A stretch of 63,923 bases of DNA, the filler included, from Octopus bimaculoides (Eukaryota), in assembly GCF_001194135.2 (NCBI RefSeq). It is 4 parts of 4 records of this genome, joined end to end, with 100 filler letters (N's around TTAATTAATTAA, not from the genome) between each part and the next. Parts side by side here need not be neighbours in the genome. Positions count along the whole stretch, not along the records: positions 26,068 to 51,101 come from NC_068981.1; positions 51,202 to 57,211 come from NC_068986.1; positions 57,312 to 63,923 come from NC_068987.1; 1 more part is not named here. One strand, 5' to 3'. Below, piece after piece: positions 48,226 through 60,030 of the stretch (position 1 is the first letter of the stretch; each line of letters opens with the position of its first letter). The position numbers and the translations under genes were made by a program. Below the pieces are notes generated by a model. The model saw nothing but the letters and a program-made list of their open reading frames with translations. It made no database searches and was not told where the DNA came from.

Positions 48226-48686
48226 TGAGGGAGTTACTGGCTTTAGGAATATTCTTTTCTACACAAGGCACAAAGCCCGAAATTTTGGGGGAGGGAGCCA
48301 GTCGATTAGATCAACCCCAGTATGCTACTGAAAGGATGAAAGGCAAAGTCGACCTCAGCGGAATTTGAACTCAGAACATAAAGACAGACGAAAAACTGCT
48401 AAGCATTTTGCTTGACGTACTAACATTTCTGCCAGCTCACCGCAAGGATGAAAGGCAAAGTCAACCTTGGTGGAATTTGAACTCAGAATATATGGCTTTA
48501 GGAATATTGTGAAAGGCCTGGCCGGAGGCTTAACCTTCTGAGTTCATTTACAGACTTTGAGAAATTGAAGGATTACTGTAATAAGTGCTTGACTCTGAGA
48601 GGGGAATATGTTGAATAAAGTCATAATTAACTGTTCCTCTTGTATTTTCTTTTACCCAAAGCCAGGAACTTTTCAGCACTCCCTCA
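48226..48686 (+). mobile_element. mariner-derived non-autonomous element interrupted by a SINE
   Basis: The ends are TA-tgagggag... and ...ctccctca-TA, and the transposase C-terminus CNKCLTLRGEYVE* lies at 48577-48620. Confidence 0.65.
48254..48492 (-). mobile_element. SINE family B (1.3 units) with a 16-bp TSD
   Basis: TGGCTTTAGGAATATT occurs at 48238-48253 and 48493-48508. The insert contains two gatgaaaggcaaagtc...aatttgaactcagaa blocks. Confidence 0.85.
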
Positions 48687-49524
48687 TACATAAGCAGCAA
48701 AAAAGACTGAATGTATTCCATCAGTGGTTTCTTACATAGAGAGAAGTGAATCACCAATGTCAAGATACTCTTTGGAACAAAGCAGAAGAAACTTATGGGA
48801 ATGCTGAGACTAAGAATATTTAGGTAGCCCAGTCATGTATCAAGAATCAGTAATGGAAAGATATCAAAGGGATGCTGGAACATGAAAGGAATATGTTGAA
48901 TGCAAAGCAAACAAACAATCGGAATATCTGAATTTACATGGATAGGATATATATTTCCAAAAAATAATTTGAAATACTACCAAATCTGGTTTGATTCAAA
49001 GCAGTTGGCAGCCCAGAAACAGACAAGGCATTCATAGACGCCCTGATGTGCAGTACAGTAGGGAAAGAGACTAACAACTGGTTATAATTTACTACATTTG
49101 TTCGACCGATATTAGAAATTATAAACACCAATTTGAGACAGGAAAAAGACACTGGTTCACTACTATCAAAATAATCCCAATACAAAGTGCCTGTCATTCC
49201 ACCTCAAATGAGGTGCTATAAATTGTTTCTGTTTTTTTAATTGTAAAATCTTAAAATCTCAACAGTTGCAAGTAGGTATTAAGTATCATCATCCCAACTG
49301 CAACAGCATCAATGACATTTTAAATATGATTTCTCTTTTGGTATGAGTTGTGATGGTTTTTCTGAGGCAGTGTTTTATAGCTATATGCCCTTTCCTATAA
49401 CAAGCTCTTTTAGTAATCTCTTACAACATACAGGGATTCGGTATAATTGTCCTAAAACAAAGGATAGATGTAATGTAGAAGAGATATAGTCACATGGTTA
49501 AGAAATTTTAAATGTCATTGATGC

Positions 49525-49576
<52 letters not shown>

Positions 49577-49611
49577 TGATGTTGATATATCAATATATAT
49601 ATGCATATATA

Positions 49612-49790
49612 ATCATCGTCATCATCATCATTTAACATTCATCTTCCATGCATGAATGGGTAGGACAATTGACAGGAGCCAGCCGGGTAGAAAACTACCC
49701 TAGGCTACTGTGTTTTGGCAGGGCTTTTATGGCTGGATGCTTTTCCTAACACCAACCCTTCTGCAGAGTGGACTCGGTGCTTTTTACACG
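49612..49790 (-). repeat. Older RTE-family 3' UTR copy
   Basis: catcatcatcatttaacattcatcttccatgcatgaatgggtagg...ggctggatgcttttcctaacaccaacc. Confidence 0.7.
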
Positions 49791-49875
49791 TATATGTAAA
49801 TTTATATGTACATTTGTACATTTATGCGTGTATATATATGTATGTGTGTGTTTGTGTGTGTGTGTGTGTGTGTAT

Positions 49876-50295
49876 CAATCATCATCATCATCATCGTCAT
49901 TTAACGTTCGCTTTCCATGCTGGCATGGGTTGGACAGTTTGACTGAGGGCTGGTCAGCTAGAAGGCTGCACTAGGCTCCAAACTGATCTGGCAAAGTTTC
50001 TACAGCTGGATGCCCTTCCTAATGCCGACCACTCCGAGAGTCTAGTGGATGCTTTTTACGTGCCACTGGCATGAGGGCCAGTCAGGCAGTACTGACATCA
50101 ACCACACTTGAATGGTGCTTTTTACGTGCCTCTGGCACAGGAGCCAGTCAGGCAGCACCGGCCAGAGTCAGGCAGCACTGGCCAGAGTCAGGTGACACTA
50201 GAGTCAGACACCAGAGTCAGGTGCCAGAGTCAGGCACTAGAGTCAGGTGCCAGAGTCAGGCACTAGAGTCAGGTGCCAGAGTCAGGCGGCACTAT
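49876..50295 (-). mobile_element. RTE-family 3' UTR copy ending in a 13-bp minisatellite
   Basis: tttaacgttcgctttccatgctggcatgggttgg...ctacagctggatgcccttcctaatgcc; GAGTCAGG-type units at 50145-50292. Confidence 0.8.
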
Positions 50296-50319
50296 CAGAT
50301 TATATATATATATATATAT

Positions 50320-50361
<42 letters not shown>

Positions 50362-50949
50362 TGGCAGACAGATAGAGAGAGAGAGAGAGACACACGTGCA
50401 TGCGCATTCGCTCACACACACACACACACACATAGACAGAAAGGAACATACACAGAGGTGGGGAGAGGGAGAGACAGAAATGGTTAAAGTGATTTATGGT
50501 AAGCTTATGGCTGAGTGATTTTAGTCAATACAGTGATTTAGCCGCAGTCTCTACATTTCAGAGGTAAGTTAAGAATGTGTGTTTACTATAAGCACACACC
50601 TGTAGGTTTACATTACACGTCTGTTTATTCTAATATAAATGTAGTGCTTCTCTTGATACATAACATGAACATGTGTGTATGTGTGTGTGCATGTTTGTGT
50701 GTGTGCATGTGTGTGTGTGCATGTGCATGTTTGTGTTGTGCGTGTGTGTGTTTGTGTTGTGTTGTGTTGTGTTGTGTGTGCGTATGTGCGTGTTTGTGTG
50801 TATATGTTCATGGGTTTGTGTGTGCGTGTGTGTGTGTGTGCATGCGTTGTGTGTGTGTTTATTTCAGTTGTACTGGTTGGGGAGGAGCCAGTCAGGAAAC
50901 CTTTATACAACTGCTCAACTTCCTAGAAATAGCAGCCAAAAAATTGGTG

Positions 50950-51337
50950 GCAGTATTGATGGTGGTAGTAGTGGTGGTGGTGGTGGTGGTGGTGATGGTG
51001 GTTTTTGGTGGTGGTGGTTTTTGGTGGTGGTGGTGGTGGTGGTAACAATGCTTGTTGGTATGGTTGTTGTGTAAAGATGGTGAAGAGAGTGAGTACTGCA
51101 GNNNNNNNNNNNNNNNNNNNNNNNNNNNNNNNNNNNNNNNNNNNNTTAATTAATTAANNNNNNNNNNNNNNNNNNNNNNNNNNNNNNNNNNNNNNNNNNN
51201 NGTGGTGGTGCTGCTGGTGTAAATCGTGGTAGTGTAGGTGGTCATCGTCCTTGTGCTGGTGGTGATGGTGGTGGTACTAGTGGTCGTGGAGGTTGTGGCT
51301 GTGTAAATGAAGCTGGCGGATTTACTATGATGGTAAC

Positions 51338-51416
<79 letters not shown>

Positions 51417-51623
51417 GTGACACTGGTGGTGATTTGGGTGAAGATGCTGATGTTGATACTGTTTGTAGTGGTGGTAGTGGTGGTGGCGGTAGTAGTGGTG
51501 ACAGTGTTAGACGTGGTAACTGTGGTGGCGCTGGTCGTCGTCGTAGGAGTGGTAGCAGTCAGTTTGTGGCGTCAGTCGTATTGGTGTTTGTAGTTCTGGA
51601 GATGCAGATGGTGCATAGATGAA

Positions 51624-51674
<51 letters not shown>

Positions 51675-53150
51675 ACAGGCAGTNNNNNNNNNNNNNNNNN
51701 NNNNNNNNNNNNNNNNNNNNNNNNNNNNNNNNNNNNNNNNNNNNNNNNNNNNNNNNNNNNNNNNNNNNNNNNNNNNNNNNNNNNNNNNNNNNNNNNNNNN
51801 NNNNNNNNNNNNNNNNNNNNNNNNNNNNNNNNNNNNNNNNNNNNNNNNNNNNNNNNNNNNNNNNNNNNNNNNNNNNNNNNNNNNNNNNNNNNNNNNNNNN
51901 NNNNNNNNNNNNNNNNNNNNNNNNNNNNNNNNNNNNNNNNNNNNNNNNNNNNNNNNNNNNNNNNNNNNNNNNNNNNNNNNNNNNNNNNNNNNNNNNNNNN
52001 NNNNNNNNNNNNNNNNNNNNNNNNNNNNNNNNNNNNNNNNNNNNNNNNNNNNNNNNNNNNNNNNNNNNNNNNNNNNNNNNNNNNNNNNNNNNNNNNNNNN
52101 NNNNNNNNNNNNNNNNNNNNNNNNNNNNNNNNNNNNNNNNNNNNNNNNNNNNNNNNNNNNNNNNNNNNNNNNNNNNNNNNNNNNNNNNNNNNNNNNNNNN
52201 NNNNNNNNNNNNNNNNNNNNNNNNNNNNNNNNNNNNNNNNNNNNNNNNNNNNNNNNNNNNNNNNNNNNNNNNNNNNNNNNNNNNNNNNNNNNNNNNNNNN
52301 NNNNNNNNNNNNNNNNNNNNNNNNNNNNNNNNNNNNNNNNNNNNNNNNNNNNNNNNNNNNNNNNNNNNNNNNNNNNNNNNNNNNNNNNNNNNNNNNNNNN
52401 NNNNNNNNNNNNNNNNNNNNNNNNNNNNNNNNNNNNNNNNNNNNNNNNNNNNNNNNNNNNNNNNNNNNNNNNNNNNNNNNNNNNNNNNNNNNNNNNNNNN
52501 NNNNNNNNNNNNNNNNNNNNNNNNNNNNNNNNNNNNNNNNNNNNNNNNNNNNNNNNNNNNNNNNNNNNNNNNNNNNNNNNNNNNNNNNNNNNNNNNNNNN
52601 NNNNNNNNNNNNNNNNNNNNNNNNNNNNNNNNNNNNNNNNNNNNNNNNNNNNNNNNNNNNNNNNNNATGCAAAAATCGCTGGTGGTGGGTGATGGTTCAG
52701 CTGAATGTAACGGTTGTGTTCGTGTTGGCGGTGATGGTACAAGATGACGACGATGGTTATGGTGATTGTGATGGTGTTGTAGGTGGTTGCATTTGCTTTG
52801 GTGATAGTAGCAGAGGCGAAGATGCTGTCGATCGGGAAGGTTTTCACCATAGGATATTCTGTTGATGGTGGTGGGGATGTTGATGGTATTGGTGGGAAGT
52901 GGTAATGAAATAGTCGTCAAAGGGTTACAGTGATCCTGTTCATTTCTTTATTGTATGTTGGGTTTAATGGCAGCAACGGTTGTGGCAGTGTGGTAGTGTA
53001 CGTGATTGCTGATAATAAAGGTGACGTTGGTGGTGATCCTGGCGACGGTAGCGTTTGTGAGTAGTAGTAGAGACAGTAGTCGTATGGTTAATGTTGGTAA
53101 TGTTAGTGGTGGTGGCGGTCAGGTTTGTTTACTGTTGGTGGAAGATTTAT
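50950..53150. repeat. Long degenerate (GGT)n/(GAT)n triplet-repeat domain containing gaps
   Basis: Pure (GAT)n tracts at about 51340-51416 and 51618-51673, embedded in a GGT/GTA/GTT mosaic with a strong G+T skew on plus. Confidence 0.85.
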
Positions 53151-53381
53151 ATGCCGATACTATTGTGCTTGTTGCAAAGTTGTTACCCTGTCCCAGGTCC
53201 GTCCTAATCATTGAGATCTATGTTCAGAGACGTCCCAACCGTAACAATCCTCTCTTACGTTCCGACAAACTATACCTTGGATTATATTATCCAATATGTC
53301 TGTCTTTTCTTAACACTCTGACATACGATTTGGCAGCCGAAAATTTTGTCAACTGATAGTTTAGCCTCTCTTTTCTGGTAG

Positions 53382-53781
53382 GTAGGAGTGGCTGTGTGGT
53401 AAGTAGCTCGCTTCCGAAACACATGGTTCTGGGTTCAGTCCCATTCCGTGGCACCTTCGGGCAAGTGTCTTCTACTATAGCCTCGGGCCAACCAAAGCCT
53501 TGTGAGTGGATTTGGTAAACGGAAACTGAAGGAAGCCCGTCGTATATATGTATACATATGTGTGTGTGTGTGTGTATGTTTGTGTGTCTGTTCGTCCCCT
53601 TAGCATTGCTTGACAACTGATGCTGGTGTGTTTATGTCCCCGTCACTTAGCGGTTCGGCAAAGACTCCGATAGAATAAGTACCAGGCTTACAAAGAATAA
53701 GTCCCGGGGTCGATTTGCTCGACTAAAGGCGGTGCTCCACCATGGCCACAGTCAAGTAACTGAAACAAGTAAACGTAAGAG
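53382..53781 (+). mobile_element. SINE family A, full length, CpG intact
   Basis: gtaggagTGGCTGTGTGGtaag (A box), GGGTTCAGTCCC (B box), gggcaagtgtcttctactatagcctcgggcc, an internal (AT)(GT) tract, and the tail cagtcaagtaactgaaacaagtaaa. Confidence 0.9.
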
Positions 53782-54084
53782 ACTACCTTGAGATTCAATC
53801 TATCGATAGTGGTGGTCTCGGTTTTGATGTTACTGGTCGTAGTGGTGGTAGCTGCGATGTTAATGTGGTTGTAGAGGAGACACGATTTCACTGTCTTCAT
53901 GGAGATGATGACGGCCAATGCTATAATTGTGGTTGTATTTCATATAGTGATGGCTTTGTGTGTGTGTGGTATTTTTAAAGACACTCCACTCATAGACACT
54001 CCACCAAAGACATTCCATTCTTCTGTAAATTAGAAAGAGTCTGAAACTAATGAGACCATATTGTCCAAAATATATTACTTTAAA

Positions 54085-54520
54085 TTAACTTAGCGCGAGG
54101 AGCGAAGAATGAAATGTTTCGGAGAATAGTTCTTCTTCAGAGCGAAGAATATAAAGGCCAGTACAATAATCGTAGAAATGAGAATAAAGAGCTGCGAGAG
54201 ACGTTGTAGAGCAGTACGTTCGAAGAAAGAGAGAGAGAGCGATAAGTTCTGTATAAGTGTTGTGGAGGTCATGTGAGCAAAGGAGTAGAAGTGAAAAAGG
54301 AGGTGAAGTCGTGGATGTGTATACATCGTGTATGTGTATGTATATACACAAACACGTTTGAGCACTCTGAGCGTAAGAGCCGAAACTGACGCAGCCTATC
54401 GGCGCGAAATTTTCGAACATGCTCAGGAAGTGTCGCATCATCTCCCACCCAAAAATTTTTTCCCACATTGCATTAGTCGTGGCGGAGAAAATATAATGTT
54501 CGGATACTTTTTGAACGCAC
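54085..54520. promoter_or_regulatory. CpG-rich promoter/first-exon-like patch
   Basis: High local CpG density in sequence that is not recognisably a repeat, with ETS-type CAGGAAGTG (54424-54432) and CRE-like TGACGCA (54387-54393). A possible minus-strand donor AAA|GTAATA lies at 54078. Confidence 0.35.
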
Positions 54521-54716
54521 CTAGTGTACGTGTATATATGTATGTATGTATAGGAAGAGAGACAGAAGGAATAAAAGACAGATTATTATAAATGTATGTG
54601 TGTGTGTGTTTGAGGAATACATTCCCGCTATTTCTATATCCTAAATCTTCGTCGGCATTTGTGCCCACTCTTTCTCTCTCTCTCTCGCCACATCTGTCAG
54701 TTCATGCCAATACGTA

Positions 54717-54765
<49 letters not shown>

Positions 54766-56141
54766 GTGTGTGTATATATGTGTGGGCAAGCTTCACAAGC
54801 CTATAAACACACATATACACGCCCATTCACACGGGCACGCACACACATACGCATGCACACACACATATACTGGAAGCACCGAAAGTGCCATAGAGGTAGA
54901 TAGACATGTAGTTATTAAGAATATATTCCAATACAAACATTAGCCATGATTCAAAAGGACAAGAGATGGATGCTGTAGGGAATGATGGGATATCAATTGG
55001 TGAATGCGTGCTTTACTTGTATGGAGAAGACAAAAATAAATTTAACAAAACAATCAGAATAAATAAAGAAGTAAAAATATGAGGGAAAGACACCAGAGAA
55101 TTTCCAAATCCTGGGATTTAATCTGTACGTCGATAAGTGAGAATCTAAGGGTATGATTATTGGTAAACTGAAATAAAATGTAAAGTCCGTGAGGAGTGAG
55201 TGAAGGCTAGGAATAATCTCGAAATATAGACATCTTGATTAGCTGGTGGGACAGGCTGGGGAATTGGTGTGGGTAATTGATGCAGATCAGGGGATGGGAG
55301 TAAAATAAGTTTGTGGATATTCGTAGTGGAAATGCTCCAGTTAGTTACATATTATTGAGCAGAGCTATGATCAATAGCAATCTGTGACTGTCCCCTATTC
55401 GTTCAGTCATCTAAGACTACATTTTCGATCTCTTTTATTTTTCTATGATGGTGGAGATATAATGTGAAGTAGATCTGCTAGAAATAGCAAGTAAAATGAC
55501 CTTGAAGAAAAGCAAAACTCTTTTTTGTTGTTACTTTTGTTGTTGTTGTTCTTATCATTGGTATCGTAATTGTTTTTGTTGTTGTTTTGCGCTAAGCCAA
55601 CCGTGACTCAGTAGTCTTGTGATCAATATCCTTTCGGTCCTTACCAACCCGTCCTATTCAAAAACATGTGGGTATACATTATTTAATGTATCCTAGTCTT
55701 TCGCAAAAACGCCTAGTTGTGCTTTGAGCAAGAAGTAGTCGGTATTTATAGCAAAGGAATCAACAATGAAAAGGCTTCTGGTATCGGTGTTGGTGTTGAT
55801 GTTGGTGTTATTAATGGAATGATGTTGAACAATTGTGTGTGGACTTATTCTTTGGAAGCCTAGAATGGGAAGAGTTAGACACACAAACATATACACACAC
55901 AAACATATACACACACAAACATATACACACACAAACATATACACNNNNNNNNNNNNNNNNNNNNNNNNNNNNNNNNNNNNNNNNNNNNNNNNNNNNNNNN
56001 NNNNNNNNNNNNNNNNNNNNNNNNNNNNNNNNNNNNNNNNNNNNNNNNNNNNNNNNNNNNNNNNNNNNNNNNNNNNNNNNNNNNNNNNNNNNNNNNNNNN
56101 NNNNNNNNNNNNNNNNNNNNNNNNNNNNNNNNNNNNNNNNN

Positions 56142-56174
<33 letters not shown>

Positions 56175-56280
56175 TACGACGGGCTTCTTTCAGTTTCTGT
56201 CTACCAAATCCACTCACAAGGCTTTGGTCGGCCCGAGGCTATAGTAGAAGACAGTTGCTCAAGGTGCCACGCAGTGTTGT
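56175..56280 (-). mobile_element. SINE family A fragment abutting a gap
   Basis: cgacgggcttctttcagtttctgtctaccaaatccactcacaaggctttggtcggcccgagg. Confidence 0.8.
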
Positions 56281-56344
56281 TTGGGAATGCAATATTTAGG
56301 GTGAGGTGTATAGGATTGAGATGTTTTATAGTAAGGGGTAGGAG

Positions 56345-56685
56345 TGCGCGTGGTTTGTAGGTGTGTGAAAGCACGTGGTTTTGTGGTTAGGGTATTCGTC
56401 TTGCGATCGCGAGGTCATGAGTTCGATTTCCGGAAGTGCGTTCTGTCCTTCAGCAAGATACTTCATTTCTTACTCCAGTCTACTCCGCTGGCAAAAATGA
56501 GTTGTACGTGTATTTCAAGGTGCCAACATTGTCGCATTCTGTGTCACACTGAATCTCCCTGAGGACTACGTTAAGGGTACGCGTGACTGGAGTGCTCAAC
56601 CACTTGCACGTTGATTTCACCAGCAGGCCGTTCCGTTGATCGGATCAATTGGAACGTTTGTCGACGTAACAAACGGTATGCCAAT
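56345..56685 (+). mobile_element. tRNA-derived SINE (family C-like head, different 3' half)
   Basis: cacgtggttttgtggttagggtattc (A box), GAGTTCGATTTCC (B box), a CORE-like cagcaagatacttcatt...aaaaatgagt segment, and a 3' hairpin cgttccgttgatc/gatcaattggaacg. Confidence 0.7.
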
Positions 56686-57063
56686 TGTAGGAGTGCTGTA
56701 GTATTGTGCGTGTAGTGCAGCGTGTTGCATGTAAAAGTGTGTGGTATGTAGGATTCCAGAGTGGCTAAATGTAGTGTGTGGTTGTTCTCCGAAACGACCG
56801 AGGTGGCAGGTTTTAAAGATATATCTAAAAAGAAAGAACGAGGCAGCTAGAAGAGAACGCGGAAAATGATAAAGAATGAAGATTAGAAAGAGAGGAGGAA
56901 AGAGAGACGGAAGAGAGAGCAAGAGAAGAGTTAGCATTTGAGAGATATATGATAACTGAGAAAAAGAAAAAATTGACACTGAAAGAAAAATAATGAGCGT
57001 AAAAGTGTGTTTGAAGAAGAGAAAGATAAAAAAAAATGAGAAATAAAAGATAGGATGGGGACA

Positions 57064-57066
57064 GGA

Positions 57067-57125
<59 letters not shown>

Positions 57126-57152
57126 GAAGGAAGGAAGGAAGGAAGGAAGGAA

Positions 57153-57205
<53 letters not shown>

Positions 57206-57211
57206 GAAGGA
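57064..57211. repeat. (GAAA)n/(GGAA)n polypurine microsatellite
   Basis: Direct reading; a complementary (TTTC)n tract lies at about 59092-59160. Confidence 0.95.
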
Positions 57212-58429
57212 NNNNNNNNNNNNNNNNNNNNNNNNNNNNNNNNNNNNNNNNNNNNTTAATTAATTAANNNNNNNNNNNNNNNNNNNNNNNNNNNNNNNNN
57301 NNNNNNNNNNNAGAGAGAGAGAGAGAGAGAGAGAGAGACAGTGAGAAATGGGAGAACAATTTGAAAGAGTAGCGAGGGCGTGGAAAAGTTAGAAGGAAAG
57401 TGGAAAGTGAGTTGTGCGATGGTCTGAAGAAAAGAAAAGATGAACGAACGATAAGAAATGCACTGCCAACAGCAATGATGACAGAACTCGGTGAAAGGGA
57501 TTAAGAAGATCAACGATAACAACACCGTTTAACATCAATGATTATAACACTGATAAAAATGGAGATGATAGTTTTAACAACGATGTTATCACCACAACAC
57601 TAATATCACCACCTCCGACGACGACAACAACAACACAATCGTTATGACAAAATGCGCCTTTACTCAACCGTTCAAGCTGCTTGAAATAGCGGCTAAATCT
57701 CCCACAAAATTCACTCTATCACCCTATGAAACGACGGATGTATTTCATCACTATTTCCTATAAGCAACAGTAACATCCACCCCTAGGGGTCAGCCACACT
57801 TAAGTGGCAATATACTACACTTTATCGTGCAGTTACTGTTAATACTTCATTTAGAGAATTAACATATATATATATATATATNNNNNNNNNNNNNNNNNNN
57901 NNNNNNNNNNNNNNNNNNNNNNNNNNNNNNNNNNNNNNNNNNNNNNNNNNNNNNNNNNNNNNNNNNNNNNNNNNNNNNNNNNNNNNNNNNNNNNNNNNNN
58001 NNNNNNNNNNNNNNNNNNNNNNNNNNNNNNNNNNNNNNNNNNNNNNNNNNNNNNNNNNNNNNNNNNNNNNNNNNNNNNNNNNNNNNNNNNNNNNNNNNNN
58101 NNNNNNNNNNNNNNNNNNNNNNNNNNNNNNNNNNNNNNNNNNNNNNNNNNNNNNNNNNNNNNNNNNNNNNNNNNNNNNNNNNNNNNNNNNNNNNNNNNNN
58201 NNNNNNNNNNNNNNNNNNNNNNNNNNNNNNNNNNNNNNNNNNNNNNNNNNNNNNNNNNNNNNNNNNNNNNNNNNNNNNNNNNNNNNNNNNNNNNNNNNNN
58301 NNNNNNNNNNNNNNNNNNNNNNNNNNNNNNNNNNNNNNNNNNNNNNNNNNNNNNNNNNNNNNNNNNNNNNNNNNNNNNNNNNNNNNNNNNNNNNNNNNNN
58401 NNNNNNNNNNNNNNNNNNNNNNNNTTATG

Positions 58430-58650
58430 TGTGCTTGTGTGTCTGTGTATGTCCCCCCACCATCGCTTGACAACCGATGCTGGTGTGTTTACGTCCCCGT
58501 AACTTAGCGGTTCGGCAAAAAGAGACCGATAGAATAAGTACTAGGCTTCCAAAGAATAAGTCGTAGGGTCGATTTGCTCGACTAAAGGCGGTGCTCCAGT
58601 ATGGCCGCAGTCAGATGACTGTAACAAGTAAAAGAGTAAAAGAGAATATC
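58430..58650 (+). mobile_element. SINE family A, 3' half emerging from a gap
   Basis: caccatcgcttgacaaccgatgctggtgtgtttacgtccccgtaacttagcggttcggc...ggccgcagtcagatgactg. Confidence 0.85.
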
Positions 58651-59092
58651 TATATATATCTATATATATATATATGTGTGTGTGTGTATATCTATATATG
58701 TATATATATAAATAAGATGGGATGGTCATGGCTGGAACGCCTTTGGACATAGCTTTTTTCGATTATAGTTGACATGGAGCTAAACCACCACGAGCAGCAA
58801 CAGCATTATTTTCATGACCACTATACTTTACACAATTCTTTTCACTAGTCTGTCATACTTCAGACACTTCTTTTTTTTATGTGTCAACTGCAGACTGCCA
58901 TCTCAAGGTATCACCAACTTAGCAATTAGGACATTTTTTCTCAAGACAGACCACGACATAAGATTAACACATAGTTTTGTTGTTGCAACATGATCTGAAA
59001 ACAGGTTTTCCTCCTAAATCAACCTGCATCTTCTCGTCATTAGCACCAGAATTATGAGTACTTCCTTTCTTGCTTTTTATCCTCTTTTCTTC

Positions 59093-59158
<66 letters not shown>

Positions 59159-59998
59159 CTCTTTCTCTCTTTCTCTCACCATTTCCCCTTTTCTCTCATA
59201 AACATATTATTCAATTATCATTTGTGACATAAACATGAAATCTAAGTTCTTTCTTTTTTTTTTTTTTTTACTACGACTGAAGTGGAATGCTGCGAAACTC
59301 TTTTACGGTATCAGAGATTAACTGGTGTGCTATAAACGAAACAGGAGCATAAAGCAGGTATTGTTCAGCATCAACTATATTATCGCCTATATCTATAACA
59401 ACAATACAGAACTCTTATAACACTAGTGTTATATATATATATATATATNNNNNNNNNNNNNNNNNNNNNNNNNNNNNNNNNNNNNNNNNNNNNNNNNNNN
59501 NNNNNNNNNNNNNNNNNNNNNNNNNNNNNNNNNNNNNNNNNNNNNNNNNNNNNNNNNNNNNNNNNNNNNNNNNNNNNNNNNNNNNNNNNNNNNNNNNNNN
59601 NNNNNNNNNNNNNNNNNNNNNNNNNNNNNNNNNNNNNNNNNNNNNNNNNNNNNNNNNNNNNNNNNNNNNNNNNNNNNNNNNNNNNNNNNNNNNNNNNNNN
59701 NNNNNNNNNNNNNNNNNNNNNNNNNNNNNNNNNNNNNNNNNNNNNNNNNNNNNNNNNNNNNNNNNNNNNNNNNNNNNNNNNNNNNNNNNNNNNNNNNNNN
59801 NNNNNNNNNNNNNNNNNNNNNNNNNNNNNNNNNNNNNNNNNNNNNNNNNNNNNNNNNNNNNNNNNNNNNNNNNNNNNNNNNNNNNNNNNNNNNNNNNNNN
59901 NNNNNNNNNNNNNNNNNNNNNNNNNNNNNNNNNNNNNNNNNNNNNNNNNNNNNNNNNNNNNNNNNNNNNNNNNNNNNNNNNNNNNNNNNNNNNNNNNN

Positions 59999-60030
<32 letters not shown>

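Noticed and set aside
50140-50295. Short regularly spaced repeats as a possible CRISPR array (also 33480-34060, 36455-36610)
   Set aside because: There are no unique spacers of constant length and no cas genes, and the context is eukaryotic. These are minisatellites or SINE multimers.
50575-51622. Cys/Val-, His/Thr- and Met-rich ORFs resembling metallothionein or low-complexity proteins
   Set aside because: These are translations of (GT)n, (CA)n, (GAT)n and (GGT)n repeats with no splice or codon evidence. The same applies to the many YIYI/HTHT ORFs.
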